In this document: positions 1 through 13,362 of the stretch, in pieces
How the letters are laid out: each line of letters begins with the position of its first letter
Numbering within the stretch: the first letter of the stretch is position 1
Assembly: GCA_951406725.2 (NCBI GenBank)
Contig: OX597815.1
Span: 119,846,001-119,910,000 of the forward strand
Direction: 5' to 3'
DNA: 64,000 nt
DNA from: Octopus vulgaris
Lineage: Eukaryota
Position numbers and translations under genes: made by a program
The notes under the pieces: model-generated
Seen by the model: the letters and a program-made list of their open reading frames with translations, nothing else
Database searches by the model: none
What the model was told of the DNA's origin: nothing

Positions 1-558
1 CACACACACACATATAAATAAAAAATACACATTAAGTACAGGACATCACCAACAAGTGAAAAATATGTAAACACTCCAAGAGAAGATAACCTGCTCATGA
101 GTTTTCAACTGTTTTACTACTCTCTATTTGGTACTGTCAACACACACACACATGCACACACACACACACACACACATGCACACACACACACACACATACA
201 TACAAACACACACACACACCCATACCAGCATGGAAGGCAGATGTTAAACGATGATGATGACATATATATATACTAAGTTGAAGAATGGATGTAACCATGA
301 TATCCTATGATCTGAAGAGCAAGCCTTCTTTACTTGTATTACCTTATAAATTGTACAGTAGTATATATAATTCTAACATATGCACACTAATACAAACTTG
401 TAAAACAATTTATTATACACTAAAATAAATTGTTTTCCTGTGATGTTGGCTGCAAAACAATTGCAATCTTATGAATATCAACTGATGAAATAAATATACT
501 CATCTCATACCTCCTGAATTTCTATATATTTTATATATGCGTGCGAGCGCGCGCGCAC

Positions 559-613
<55 letters not shown>

Positions 614-995
614 TATGTATATAGCAGTTGAAATATGTTTGGGATATATTTGGCCATCACTACACCCATATTCATTGCTGTTTGCTATAGAAAAGAATTC
701 TCACTTTAGGCAACTGTCATTTTAAGACATTGTCTGACAGTAGCGGTGAATGTATTTCTAGCTTCATGGTTATCATCAGCACCATGTACTACATGAGAGA
801 CATGCTTTGATACTGATTCACTAGAAGGAAAAGAAGGTTTCCAAAGACATTTCAAGACTGTCTCTGAACATCTAGTGCCTAAAATGACAATTATTTGCAA
901 TAACAGCATTGAGCATGGCCATTGTGTGGGTAAAATATGCCTCAAACATACTTCAACTGGTCTAAATATTTGTTCACAACACTGCTTTCACATGC

Positions 996-1007
996 CTACT
1001 ACTACTG

Positions 1008-1105
<98 letters not shown>

Positions 1106-1195
1106 ACTACTACTGCTGCTGCTGCTGGTTTTGCTGCTGCCACTGCCGCTGTCATAACCACCACCACCACCACCACACTACTACTACTACTACTA
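996..1195. repeat. Compound trinucleotide microsatellite (TAC)n(TGC)n(CAC)n
   Basis: Visible directly; explains the poly-T/A/Y/C ORFs at 875-1242. Confidence 0.95.
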
Positions 1196-1379
1196 CACAT
1201 GTACATATGAATTAAACAATAATTACATAAAGAAGACAACACTGGAAGGATAAGGTTTCACAAATGTATTTAAATGCTTATATACATTTACAGGCACATG
1301 CAGTACCAGTGTGTGTATTTGTATATGTTTATATGTGTGTGTGTGTGTGCGTGTGCACATGTGTGTGTGTGTGTGTAAG

Positions 1380-2562
1380 TAATTTACCTGGAGTTACAGT
1401 ACAGTGTAGCTTATCATCAAAAGGATTAAGTGGACCATTCCTTTTTGATGGTACTGTGACTGATCCTATTTACTTGAATCTGTTATGCCAATCCTTCAAG
1501 AGGACTTTGAAGAGATGGAGTTTTATTTACAGCAAGATGGGACACCCACACACTACAATAGAAATGCAAAGGCCTGCTTTAATGAGATTTTCCAATCAAG
1601 TGAATTGGATGTAGAGGTTCAGTAGAACAGGGGTGGGGAAACTTTTTAGTGTGGCAGGCAAAAATTTCCACTCACAAGTTCTTACTCTTATATCTGTGTA
1701 AATCTTCTATATATCTATTTATTATTCAATATACACTAATAAAGATAAGTTTAACACATTAGATTAACATGTAACATCTTCATTAACGCTATTACTGAAT
1801 TTAGGACATTTATATTTACATATGAGGTTTCTATATTTCTCAGCTAGAGTGTAGTTGGATCTCAAGGGGGTGGTACAAACCTAGCAGTATATGTTTTATA
1901 GTGAAAGCAGAATTTACATTCAAATGGCAATTACTGGACGATTTTCTGTTCAACTGTTTTAAGTCATAGTGGAAATGTGACTTATGTCACAGATTGGCAT
2001 ATGAATATTGTATAAAGTTTATAACTAAAAAATTTACAATATTTTGTACATACGAGTATACCAGCCTGATAGTGCAATGAAATATGCTTGTGGGCACAAT
2101 TGTGTTGAACATAAGAAGCATTGGATGTGTTGTGCAAGAGAGACGTTTGCACTGGTATGGTCATGTACTACGGATAGATGAGGAGAGATATGTGAAGAAG
2201 TACCTCTTCCAAACAGTTGAAGGAATCTGGGGTAAAGGTAGACCCAGTAGTAGAATATCCTCATTCACCAGGCCTCACACCACTAGACTTCTTTTTATAA
2301 GGACACATAAAAGATAAAGTTTACAGTACAAAACTGGCTAAAGAAATGTTTTTTGATATTTACAGTTCCATTGCTTTGTCCAATGGAATCACAAACATTT
2401 TGGTCCAACAGTACTTAGACCAGAATGGTCATCAGCTTGAAAACAAGCATTAATACAAATTTGAATTATATCTGTAGATTATATTAAAATTTGAAAATGA
2501 AATATATTTTAATAAACTTTATAATCCTTCAATGTGTGTATAAATTTTTTGGGACACTCTGT
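1380..2562 (+). mobile_element. Decayed Tc1/mariner-superfamily transposase 3' part with right TIR, interrupted by other insertions
   Basis: Frameshifted [24 protein letters not shown] and [12 protein letters not shown] motifs (1380-1620); C-terminal NGHQLE near 2425; TIR-like ttttgggacactctgta at 2546-2562. Confidence 0.7.
2050..2250 (+). mobile_element. RTE LINE ORF2 C-terminal fragment
   Basis: GCVVQERRLHWYGHVLRIDEERYVKK..GKGRP matches the RTE copies at 16412-16810 and 29361-29921. Confidence 0.85.
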
Positions 2563-2640
2563 ACATATACATGTATGTTAAAGATAATATATATGTGTAT
2601 GTGTATGTATGTCAAAGATAAAACTATTCAATTTTGAATA

Positions 2641-2870
2641 AGGCGGCGAGCTGGCAGAAACGTTAGCACGCCGGGAGAAATGCATAGCCGTATTTCGTCT
2701 GGCGTTACATTCTGGGTTCAAATTTTGCTGAGGTCGACTTTGCCTTTCATCCTTTCGGGGTCGATAAATTAAGTACCAGTTACGCACTGGAGTCGATATA
2801 ATCGACTTAATCCGTTTATCTGTCCTTGTTTGTCCCCTCTGTGTTTAGCCCCTTGTGGGTAGTAAAGAAA
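2641..2870 (+). mobile_element. tRNA-derived SINE, family A (central GCCTTTCATCCTTTCGGGGTCGATAAA..GTACCAG domain)
   Basis: A-box-like TGGCAGAAACGTTAG and B-box GGTTCAAATT; other copies at about 6095-6318, 6450-6810, 27590-28235, 32505-32732, 56675-56888, 62939-63155. Confidence 0.85.
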
Positions 2871-3749
2871 TATATATTCAATTTTATACATTCTGAAGAT
2901 TTCCTTATTATTCCTTGATGCTTGGTTTGGAGCAATAGAATTTCCAATTTCAGTTGTCCATTTATGTCTCAAGAGCTTCTCAACCTCATCATCAGAATGA
3001 AGTGTTGGTTATAGTTTGTTTGAAAGTTTTGCAATACACCATTAAAGATTATTGTAATGTTGTTACAATTGATCAGATCATCAACACTGGATCTAAAAAT
3101 TATACAGCCATTATGACCTGTTAGATTTCATATGTTTTATGTGGTGGTGTATCTGTGTGTTGATTTTTAGCTTTGTATTTGTATTTAGTAAGGCGTCCAT
3201 AGTTATTCTTCGGATATTTTTGTGGTATTCAATATAAAGTTGTAGTACTGTCAACTAGCACCTTTTTTTAATCTAATTTTATTTCATGTATTGTATTATA
3301 ATGAATTGAGATAGTTACTTGTTGTAAATGCATGGTTAACCAACAAGAAACTGTTGTGTTGGTATGTCTGATGTAACAATTTGTGTCATGAAGTTTATGA
3401 CTTTTATGTTTACATCTAAATTTGTTTATTACATTGGTTGTTTGAAGTACATTCTATAGTTTCTTGGTTTGTGGTTTTCTATCAATGAGATTTTTTGTTT
3501 TGGTATTACTGTAAATTATTGTAACTATAACTTTGTGGTTATATGTAATATATATCATATCCTGTTACTACAAGGAATAAATATGTTTGGATTGCACAAG
3601 GAATGAAAATGGTATTTAAAAAAGATACAATATAAAACTCATAAAAAGTGAAATTTTGTTTTGGTAAATCTCAAGAGGGAACTTGGTGTAAACAACTGTT
3701 GAAAATCCAGTTACACACTATTATTATCATCATCATCATCATCATTACT

Positions 3750-3932
3750 ATTAAGTGAGAGAGCAGTGCATGCCATCAAAGGGACACTGGAGTAAAACAT
3801 ACGAAGCACAGTATACCCATCACGACTAAACGTCTGAGAAGGGTACACCAGAAAGGTAGTCATGATGGGTATATTGGGTTACATATATTTTACCCCAGTG
3901 TCCATTTGATGGCATGCACTACTCTCTCACTC

Positions 3933-3987
<55 letters not shown>

Positions 3988-4128
3988 GAACAGGATTTCT
4001 CTCTTGCAACTTACCAAAACAAAAAATTCACTTATTATTATTATTATTATTATTATTGAGTGAGAGAGCAGTGCATGCCATCAAAGTGACACTGGGTTAA
4101 AACGTATGAAGCCCAGTATACCCATCAT
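3750..4128. mobile_element. Three short 3' ends of a (TAA)n-tailed retroelement; two are fused head-to-head as a palindrome
   Basis: gtgagagagcagtgcatgccatcaaa.. at 3755 and 4060, and its reverse complement ending about 3931; each abuts (TAA)n or (TTA)n. Confidence 0.7.
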
Positions 4129-5024
4129 ATATAAGCATATACATATCTATGTATATATATTCATACACACACACATGAATATAAAACAAGCAATAGTATA
4201 TATATATGCATATATATTATATATATATATATATGTATATGTATACACACACATAAATGCATGCACATACATACTTATATAGATATATACATGTACATGT
4301 GTGTGCATGTGGATATGTTTCTCCATGTATATATTTATCTATATGCATATGTGAGTTTCCATGTGTGTGTGTATGTGTGAGTCTATGTGCATGTGTCTGT
4401 GCTTGCCATTCATGGATCCATACGTAAATGCACACACGTATATGTACCAAGTTTGAGTACATACACAAAGATAATGCAAACTCAATACTTACAAATACAT
4501 CCAATGCATTCAATTTAAGAAAACCGATAAAAATTGAAGCCACATAAATAAACATACAAACAGAAAAAAAATATGATACCGGAGTGTCATTGACTAACAG
4601 AATTTATTCTAACTCTGTTAGTCAACAACATGATGTAGTATATATATGTATGACACATTCGGTCAAATCTCAATCGTAGTCTCACCTCACCAAGAGTTGT
4701 TCTACTTATCATTAACAGTTAAACATTTAGATTTATAAATTCTATTAGATATTGCTCCACTAGCAATGGGGTCAGTTGCACTACAGATTCGGAGAGTAAA
4801 ATGTCCTTCTAGCTGACAACAGAAGGTAAGTAGAGTTGAATTAGGTTAAGAAATACTTTTAGAGTGTGAGATAGTCTAGGCCTGATTTAATGAAATTAAT
4901 TTTCCTTTGGGGAAATTGTTGCAGTTCAAGGATGCAATGAGTGATATTGTTATGCAAAGATTGACTGTAACAGTCTTTGGTATGTAAACGTTTGTAATTG
5001 GTGATAATTGCAAATGATAATTGT

Positions 5025-5082
5025 GATGGTGGTGGTGGTGGTGGTGGTGGTGATGATGATGATGATGATGAGGTTGATGATG

Positions 5083-5142
<60 letters not shown>

Positions 5143-5195
5143 GTGATAATGATGATGATAATGATGACAATAATGGTACTGATGATAATGGTGGC
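5025..5195. repeat. (GGT)n(GAT)n microsatellite
   Basis: Visible directly. Confidence 0.95.
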
Positions 5196-6094
5196 TATGT
5201 TGATATAAAAGTTTTATCTTTTATAAAGGGGAGAAAGAATCAATGTTAAAATTGACTCGTGATTAGTAACATTTTCTTACCTAAAGACACAATAAATGTC
5301 TTGCTTGCAGCAGGATACTAAATTGTGGTTTGTTGGCTAAATATTTAACAATTTAGACACATATCTATCTCTAAGCCATCATTGTATCTAATATATATTT
5401 AATCAAATTAAATGCTATCATGAGCTTAATGTGGATTTCTTTTCACAAAGCAAAAGGTTAAATTTTGAGCAATTAGGAGCCAGCATAGCTGTCTGGTTTT
5501 AAGAAGCTTGCTTCTTAACTATGTGGTTTTGAGTTAAGTCCCACTGTATGGAACCTAGACAAGTATTTTCTATTCTAACCCTAGGTTTACCACAGTCTTG
5601 TGGGTGGATTCATCCTCATCCTCATTCTCATTATTTAATGTCTGTTTTCCATACTGGCATGGGTTGGACAGCTTGACAGGAGCTGGCAAGCCAGAGGACT
5701 GCACCAAGCTCCACTGTCTATTTTGGCATGGTTTTTACAGCAGGATGCCGTTCCTAATGCCATTTAACAGATGGCTACTTAAAGAAGCCTAATGTGTATA
5801 TATAAGTATTTTTAAATGTATTTCTACTTCACATACCTTCTGTTGTTAGTTAGAAGTACAATTTTTGGTCAAAATTCATAATGTGATAGACCTCATTTCT
5901 GACTTACAATGTTTTGACATCCAAAGGTTTGATAGGAGCATTAATTTCATCAATCTCAGCAGTCTGGGAGGGCATGCAAATGCTATGCGCGCTAATCCTC
6001 CCTTCAGACCCAAAAAGTGAAAAAAATCCCCCAAAACCAAGAAAGCAAAGCTTCAGGCAAAAGCCATAAAATATTTTGTGCAATGTTCTCTTTA

Positions 6095-6318
6095 AAGCAG
6101 TGAGCTGGCAGGATCGTTAGCATACTGGACGAAATGCTTAGCGGTATTTCATCTGCCATTATGCTCTGAGTTCAAATTCTGCCGAGGTCAACTTTGCCTT
6201 TCATCCTTTCGGGGTCGATTAAATAAGTACCAGTTACACACTGAGGTCAATGATAATCCCTTTGTCTGTCCTTGTTTGCCCTCTCTGTGTTTAGCCCTCT
6301 GTGGGCAATAAAGAAATA
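6095..6318 (+). mobile_element. SINE family A, full-length copy
   Basis: Collinear with 2641-2870. Confidence 0.85.
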
Positions 6319-7445
6319 AAAATGTTCTCTTTCTCATTTATGCCAACTTTTTTTCTTGTTAAGGACTAAGAATTAGAAAAGTAGCTGAGCTACTTGACTA
6401 CATTTTGATTGCCTTAATTATATTTTCAATAATAATTAGATTTAGTTCCATTGGGGTTGACTTTGCCTTTCATCCTTTTAGGGAGTTGATAAAATAAAGT
6501 ACCAGTTGAATCCGGGGTCAATGTAATTGAATTACCCCTCTCCGAAATTGCTGGCCTTGTGCCAAAATTTGAAATCGATAATAATTAGATATTAAGACAT
6601 GAAAAACAACAGGTTGCTAAGTGCCTAGTGTTATTTAGTTTTGTCCCTCTTCATTCTGTGTTGAAACCTTGCCAGAATTAACTTCATCTTTCATTCTTCT
6701 GGGGATAGAAAAATAAATACCTGTTGTGTAGTGAAGTCAACTCAATTGGCTCTACCTCACCTCGTTCATAACAATTAATGGCCAAGTTCCAATGTGACAA
6801 AGCAATATTGTTGTCAAGGGTTATATTTTCTTTTCTGTTTTCTTTGTATTTTCAAGCATATTTAACTGTCTCCAAAGAAACAAGAGCATAGGTAATTTTG
6901 TGAAAATAAATAGTTGCCTCAAAGGAGATGTTAGAATTTCAAACAAGGTTTCTTGTGTAGATAAAAAAAACAAAACAAAAGCTAAGTCGCATGAATTAAA
7001 TTAAGATGTTTTGAGGATAAAATTACCATATCACGAGATGTAAAAGACCGCATGTCTTGAAGTAGCTGGCTATATACGTTTTATTTTTTCCTTTACTGTT
7101 GTTGTACAATGATGAATTTTAGCCTTTGCATATATAAAATACCTTGAAATATCTCATATATGCTGCTAGAGCTAAAAATGCAAAATCCTACAAGGGAAGC
7201 AATCAGTTAAAAATCGCAAGAATTCAAAGAGACAAATGGTGGTCTGTGCCAATAAGAGTTAATACAATATGTGCAATGACAACAATGACAATTATATGTA
7301 TTATGTTGCTTTCTAACTGCAAACTTTCAGGTTCAGTCCCACACCATGGCACCTTGGGTAAGTGTCTTTTACTATAGCCTTGGGTCAACCAAAGCTTTGT
7401 GAGTAGATTTGGTAGACAGAAACTGAAAAAAACCATCATACATAC

Positions 7446-7476
<31 letters not shown>

Positions 7477-7482
7477 CATACT

Positions 7483-7559
<77 letters not shown>

Positions 7560-7604
7560 AAATACTATAAGGAAAATGGAGAGTCTGAACACAGAAAACA
7601 TCAA

Positions 7605-8274
7605 TCTCTCTATATATAAACGGCAGTTTGTCTGTTTGTGTGTTTGTGTGTCTGTCAGGTTGTACCCTCACCCTGACCACGGCTTTCAACCGATTCTGAT
7701 GAAACTTGACACACACGTAGCCCAATGTCATAATTCAAAACTAACGCAGCGAAAATTTTGAAAAAATCCCCCAGTTCTGAAAAACAATCGATAAATTTGA
7801 CATGGGTCAAGAATCTAAGCTTTTTATATGCAACACATTTTCTACAGACTGTCTAGGGGACGCAACTCGACCTTTTTAACTCTCCGAACACGTGGGGTAA
7901 GTATCCCAAAATGTATAATAAACCAAGAGTTTGCAAGTAGCGTCCAAGGACCCTTAGGGTACGTCAAACATTTAAGGTAAAACGTTTGGGGTGGTAGTTA
8001 TAAAGAAAGTGTAAACAAAAACGTATTCGAATAACTTGCGGCTGCAGCAGCTATTAGCGGTGTTGGGGGTAAAGTCTCGAATGTAATTTCTTCCTGGTAG
8101 GAATTGGTTGGGTTGAATTATCGATAGCTGTTTGATAGTTATTTGGGAGTGAAGAGAAGACATTGCAACCTACACATGCGTCTTCATTCCCTAGAGGGAA
8201 AGGACTAGATTGGGATTAGTTGTTGCCTACTAGGGGCTCTTACATACCCGGGCAACGCCGGGCTATGCTGCTAG
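7605..8274 (+). mobile_element. Non-autonomous Helitron inserted into the PLE1 inverted repeat
   Basis: 5' TC start (tctctctatatataaa), 3' hairpin cccgggcaacgccggg followed by CTAG|T; splits the left arm of the inverted repeat. Confidence 0.8.
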
Positions 8275-9081
8275 TTCCTTTATATAATGGCCAATTTCAT
8301 ATCACCCATATACATTTCAATTTCTCCTCTTCGTTCATATTTTGTAATTAAGATTGCATTATGCATTAAAAAGGTAAAAATATTTTCAGGGCAGAAATTG
8401 ACAAATATTCATTTGCATCCTAATAGATGGAGAGTTGCTTACAGACTGAGATAGTAGCATGCTTTTGTGTGTTTGTGTTTGTCAGCATGTGAGTCTTTTG
8501 GATTCTTTCTAAAACTAACTTGAGGTTAAACTATGACCTCAGTGGACAATGGCCTCACAGAAAATTATATAAAAACCTATATTAAAATTATATAAAAGAA
8601 GAATAGCCAACCACGAGAATACTTATTTTGGAAAATTAAATACAAAAATAAGGAATATACACTGAAGTGGGAAATAATTAGCAGGGCAAAATCTTATAGC
8701 ATTGGAAGCTAAAGGTGTGACTTATGCTTTGAGGAAATTTTCCAGATCATTAAATCCAAGAACAAATTAATCAACAATGAAAGAGAAAGAGGTTTTAATT
8801 GCCCACATACGATTAAATATACATTTAATAAATTCAAATAAATAAAATTAAATAGATGTTATAAGAATAGATATATGTCTGGTAATTCCAAACAAATATA
8901 AATAAATAGGCATTATGTGAATAAATTAATATCTAGAATTAATGATTCTGTATTAATCAAATAGAGGAATACACATTGAAACCCTTACTATCAGCTGATA
9001 TATCAAAATAAATAATTTAACAATGAGGGATAGAGAACTTGTTATATTTATAAGAGAAAAGAAATATATATATGTGTTAAC

Positions 9082-9132
<51 letters not shown>

Positions 9133-9494
9133 CACACAACACACACACACACACACATGTTGTTGTTTCTGTCTCATTTGGTCTAAAGTCGTATGACAAC
9201 CACCGTTATATATGTTTTTGTTTATTCATTACTGTTTTCAATTTCGTTTTCGTCTCTTGTATTTACATCCGTCTTGTGCGTTCACATTCCTGTCTTCTAC
9301 CAAGAAATCTAATGCTTACAGCTTAGTTTTTTTCTTGGGGCTGGCCGATTGGAGCAAATATCAGAATTGAACAGCCGAAATTTGCTATGATGATTCGGTG
9401 TCTGACTGAAGATTGAAGGCTTCGAATGATTTGTCTGTGTTCCGTGTTCGTCCCTTCCTGTATTTCACGTTCATTATATATAAAAACATTCATT

Positions 9495-9565
<71 letters not shown>

Positions 9566-10084
9566 GAAATAGGAAGTAACCTTAAAATGAAATGTACATC
9601 CCTTTCATGTGGTACATAATGAATCATACCCCTATTAAATATGAAAAATTAATTTAACTGAATATATATATATAATAACCTAAGCAATCAACAAATAAGA
9701 CTAATACTTCTAAATAAAAAAAAAAAAACTGTAATCAAAATTGAAATTCTCACAACTAAATAAGTAGAAGTTAAATATATTGATTTGGATTCTTGCTAAT
9801 ATGAAATATATATTTTTTATTTTTATTCATTTCGCAAGTGAGTAGAGATAGGAACGGTAGCCAGCCTTTATAAAACCTATCTAAGGAGATTGGTAGTATG
9901 ACCTAGTTCCTCAGAACTACAACTAGCCATTGTCCACTATGGTTGTAGTTTAACCTCAAGCTATTTTTAGAAAATAATCCAAAAGATTCACATGCTGACA
10001 ACACAAACACACAAAAGCATGCTGTTATCTCAGTCTGTAAGCAACTCTCCATCCATTAGGATGTGAACAAATATTTGTCAATTT

Positions 10085-10177
10085 TTGCCCTGAAGAGATT
10101 TTTACCTTTTAAATGCATAATGCAATCTTAATTGCAAAATATGAATGAAGGTAGGAAATTGAAATGTACGCAGGTGA
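10085..10177 (+). ncRNA. Type I hammerhead ribozyme motif in PLE1 pLTR (probably decayed)
   Basis: ttgcc-CTGAAGA-[stem II atttttaccttt..aaggtaggaaatt]-GAAA-tgtacg-CA-ggtga; U16.1 reads C in this copy. Confidence 0.7.
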
Positions 10178-10348
10178 TATGAAATTGACTATTATATAAA
10201 TAAAAAAAAAATTTTCTGTGTTCAAATTCCTCATTTTCCTTATATTGTATTATTAAAATTCTCTTATCCTATATCGAATGGATGAAAACATCTATAATGA
10301 CAACTGGAACTTTGTAAGACTTAACACTAATACTAACACAGATTAATG

Positions 10349-11304
10349 GGATCTTTTCCTTTTGATGGACGTAATTTTCTAGTTAACTAAACAATTTGAA
10401 ACTTCGTATACTGGTAGAATGTGTCAAAAGAAAACATTATTGTAAACAAAATTGAAAACAAAATTGTAATTTGTAAGTTTAACGTAGTTTAATTCTTTGA
10501 ATTTTAACCAATGAAATGCCAGCATTTGAGCTCAAATCATTTGCTACGTTATCGATATTGATAAAGAAACATAGCAGACGCATGCCGCACACACACACAC
10601 ACACACATATATTCAGATACATACACACGTACACTTGCACACACACACACACACACACACTTTCTCTCTCTGTCACTCTCTCTCAAACACATGCATATAC
10701 ATTTGCACAAGAACATAGTAATTAATATATAAGCATACACACACATACAAACGGAGATATACATACACACACATACGCACACAAGCATACATACACGTTC
10801 GTGAGTTCGCATTGGTGTCGATAGAATCGACTTAATATTTTTGTATCTCATGCTTTGTCCCCCCTGTGTTTTGCCCCTTGCTGCAACAAATTTACACAAA
10901 AGGTAAATAAACCAGAAATGGGGGGGGGGGCAATGTTTCATCGTTTCGGGGTCGATTAATTAAGTACCAATTATGCACTGGTGTCGAGGATTTTTTTCCC
11001 AATTTATGTCACAGCCTCCGACAAGCTGGGGCATCCTTTTATGAAAAAATATTTCGCAAATTTTTACAATACGACCCACACTCCACACACACCCTCTACA
11101 CTGATTTAGGCATATTATTGTTTTGTTTTTGTTGTTTCTGGCCCTTCAAAACCATGGGAGAAGCCTTTTCGGTAAAAAAAAAATAAAGAAAATATTCAAA
11201 AAATATCGTTAATATTTTTATTGGGCGACAAAATTCATCGATTTCAGAGATATAGCTGTTATTTCTAGCACATGCAGAAGACAGAAGAGAGAAGGATGAA
11301 TAAT

Positions 11305-11365
<61 letters not shown>

Positions 11366-11599
11366 TTACGTTCAACAGGATATTGTCTGAGTTTTTAGAC
11401 GCAGCAAATGATTTGAGCTCAAATGCTGGTATTTCATTGGTTAAAATTTGAAGAATTAAACTACGTTAAACTTACAAATTACAATTTTGTTTTCAATTTT
11501 GTTTACAATAATGTTTTCTTTTGACACATTCTACCAGTATATGAAGTTTCAAATTGTTTAGTTAACTAGAAAATTCCGTCCATCAAAAGGAAAAGATCC
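10349..11599. mobile_element. Non-autonomous DNA transposon with about 200-bp TIRs, Merlin-like
   Basis: TIRs 10349-10550 and 11398-11599 begin GGATCTTTTCC; perfect 8-bp TSD gattaatg at 10341-10348 and 11600-11607; GG termini with 8-bp TSD fit Merlin. Confidence 0.8.
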
Positions 11600-11714
11600 G
11601 ATTAATGAAATCCTAAGTATTTTAATTGATATGGAGCTAAACCAGAGTACACTTGGATAAAATACATCCCTGTGAAAGAGCAACCACTTTCCATTTGAAA
11701 CCTATATATGTATA

Positions 11715-13280
11715 TCATCGTCATCATCAGCAGCAGCATAATTTAATGTCTACTTTCCATGCTGGCATGGGTGGGACGATTTGACAGGAGCCGGCCAAGT
11801 AGAAACCTGCACCAGACTTATGTAACTGCTTTGGCAGGATTTTTACAGCGGGATGCCCTTCCTAATACCAACCACTCTGCCGAGTGGTTGGTATTCATGC
11901 TTTTTAGGTGGCACAAGCAAAAGCAAGGTCAGTTTTGGCAAAGTTTTTACAGCTGAATGCCTTTCCAAATGCCAACCACTTTACAGTGTGGACTGGGTGC
12001 TTTTAAGTCACCAAGTACTTGCAAGAAAAAAAAAAACTTTTTTGAGAGGGGAGGGGACATTCGAGGAGGTGATCTTGTGTCAGATGATGAAAGGTTATAG
12101 TGAGACAGGGAAACAGAATCAGGTGCCTTACTGTAGTGGAGGTACAAGGTTACCGGACTGGAGAGAGAGAGAGATAGAGAGAGATAGAGATCAGGAATGA
12201 AGACAGAAACAGGTGTGCTGCCACAAAGGTTACCCAACCTGAGGGAACTGCCGGAGAAGGAGAGACAGATTGGGAGACAGCAGGATAGAGATGGTGGTAA
12301 AGTGCTGGGCATACTCACAAGGGACAAGGATCAGAATATAAATGGGATGGTTGAGTAAAGGCAGAGGAAGATATAGATGATGGCAAGTGCCAGGGCATTC
12401 CCTTGAGGTTTGAATGCCATAATATAAGTGGCAGGATATTGTAAAGGAAGCATGATTAAAGAGTGCAGAGGTGGGGAGTGAGTGGCAGAAACCTGGGTAT
12501 ATATAGAGTCAGGAGGCTACCGGATAGCAATGATACAGAGGAAGAAAGCCGTTCAGGGTTGGAGGTGGGTGGGAGGTAGGCATAGTGCTTGAAGGAGGAA
12601 ATGTGAGGAAGAGAAGAGATGTAGAGATGTTGATTAGTTTGTTGGGGGAGGATGTGTGAAAAGTTTCCTTGTTATGTGTGGGTGGAACATACAGGTCAGG
12701 GTCTGGCAGATATCAATGATACAGTGAGACAGGGCATGAGTAGAACACACGGGTTAGAAGCTAGGGGAGAGCAATGATACAGTGGCACAGAGTCAAGAGG
12801 ACAGTGTAGGGAATGGGAGATAGATCTAGTGCATGAAGTGAAAATGTGAGGAAGAGATGAGATGTAAAGAGGTAGTTTGGTTTATTGTGGTAGAGTGTGT
12901 GAGGAATTTTCTTGTAAAGTGTGGGTGGGACACACAGTGCTTCTAGAATACACACACACACACACACACATATCCCTTTGTTGTGTGTGTCTATTTGTCT
13001 GTTTCTAAAAGAAGCCACCTTTTCCTAAAGGTTAAAATGGATTTGCATAGGGCCAACAACCTAACTTTTGACTGGAGACTGGCAAGCCAGGAGGTCGCAC
13101 CAGGCTCCAATCTGATCTGGCAAAGTTTCTACTGTTGGATGCCCTTCCTAATGCCAACCACTCCGAGACTGTAGTGGGTGCTTTTTATGTGCCACTGGCA
13201 CAGGAGCCAGTCAGGTGGCACTGGCATCGGACATGTTCAAATGGTGCTTTTTACATTCCACTGGCACAGGAGTCAGTGTA
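11715..13280 (-). mobile_element. RTE LINE 3' UTR remnants (two copies) with purine-rich internal UTR
   Basis: Diagnostic (cat)n-tttaatgtc..ttccatgctggcatggg..ggatgcccttcctaa..ccaaccact end shared with the ORF-bearing RTE copies. Confidence 0.7.
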
Positions 13281-13309
13281 TATTTAGTATATATAGGCAT
13301 GTGCATGCA

Positions 13310-13362
<53 letters not shown>

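Larger units (their letters stand above)
7553..10255 (+). mobile_element. Penelope-like element (PLE) 1: inverted pLTR copy, GIY-YIG C-terminal remnant and 3' pLTR
   Basis: 8551-8842 translates GLTENYIK..KRRIANHEN..WKIKYKNKEYTLKWEIISRAKSYSIGS*RCDLCFEEIFQIIK..LINNERE..CPH, a PLE endonuclease tail; 7553-7600 plus 8280-8553 is the reverse complement of 9925-10255. Confidence 0.85.

Noticed and set aside
2880-3560. Coding exon on the minus strand (LHSDDEVEKLLRHKW..)
   Set aside because: Many stops upstream and no acceptor; probably an old LINE remnant that I cannot classify
6857-6891. Plus-strand 35-nt exon with strong pyrimidine tract
   Set aside because: AAG acceptor, weak donor, no partner plus-strand exons found
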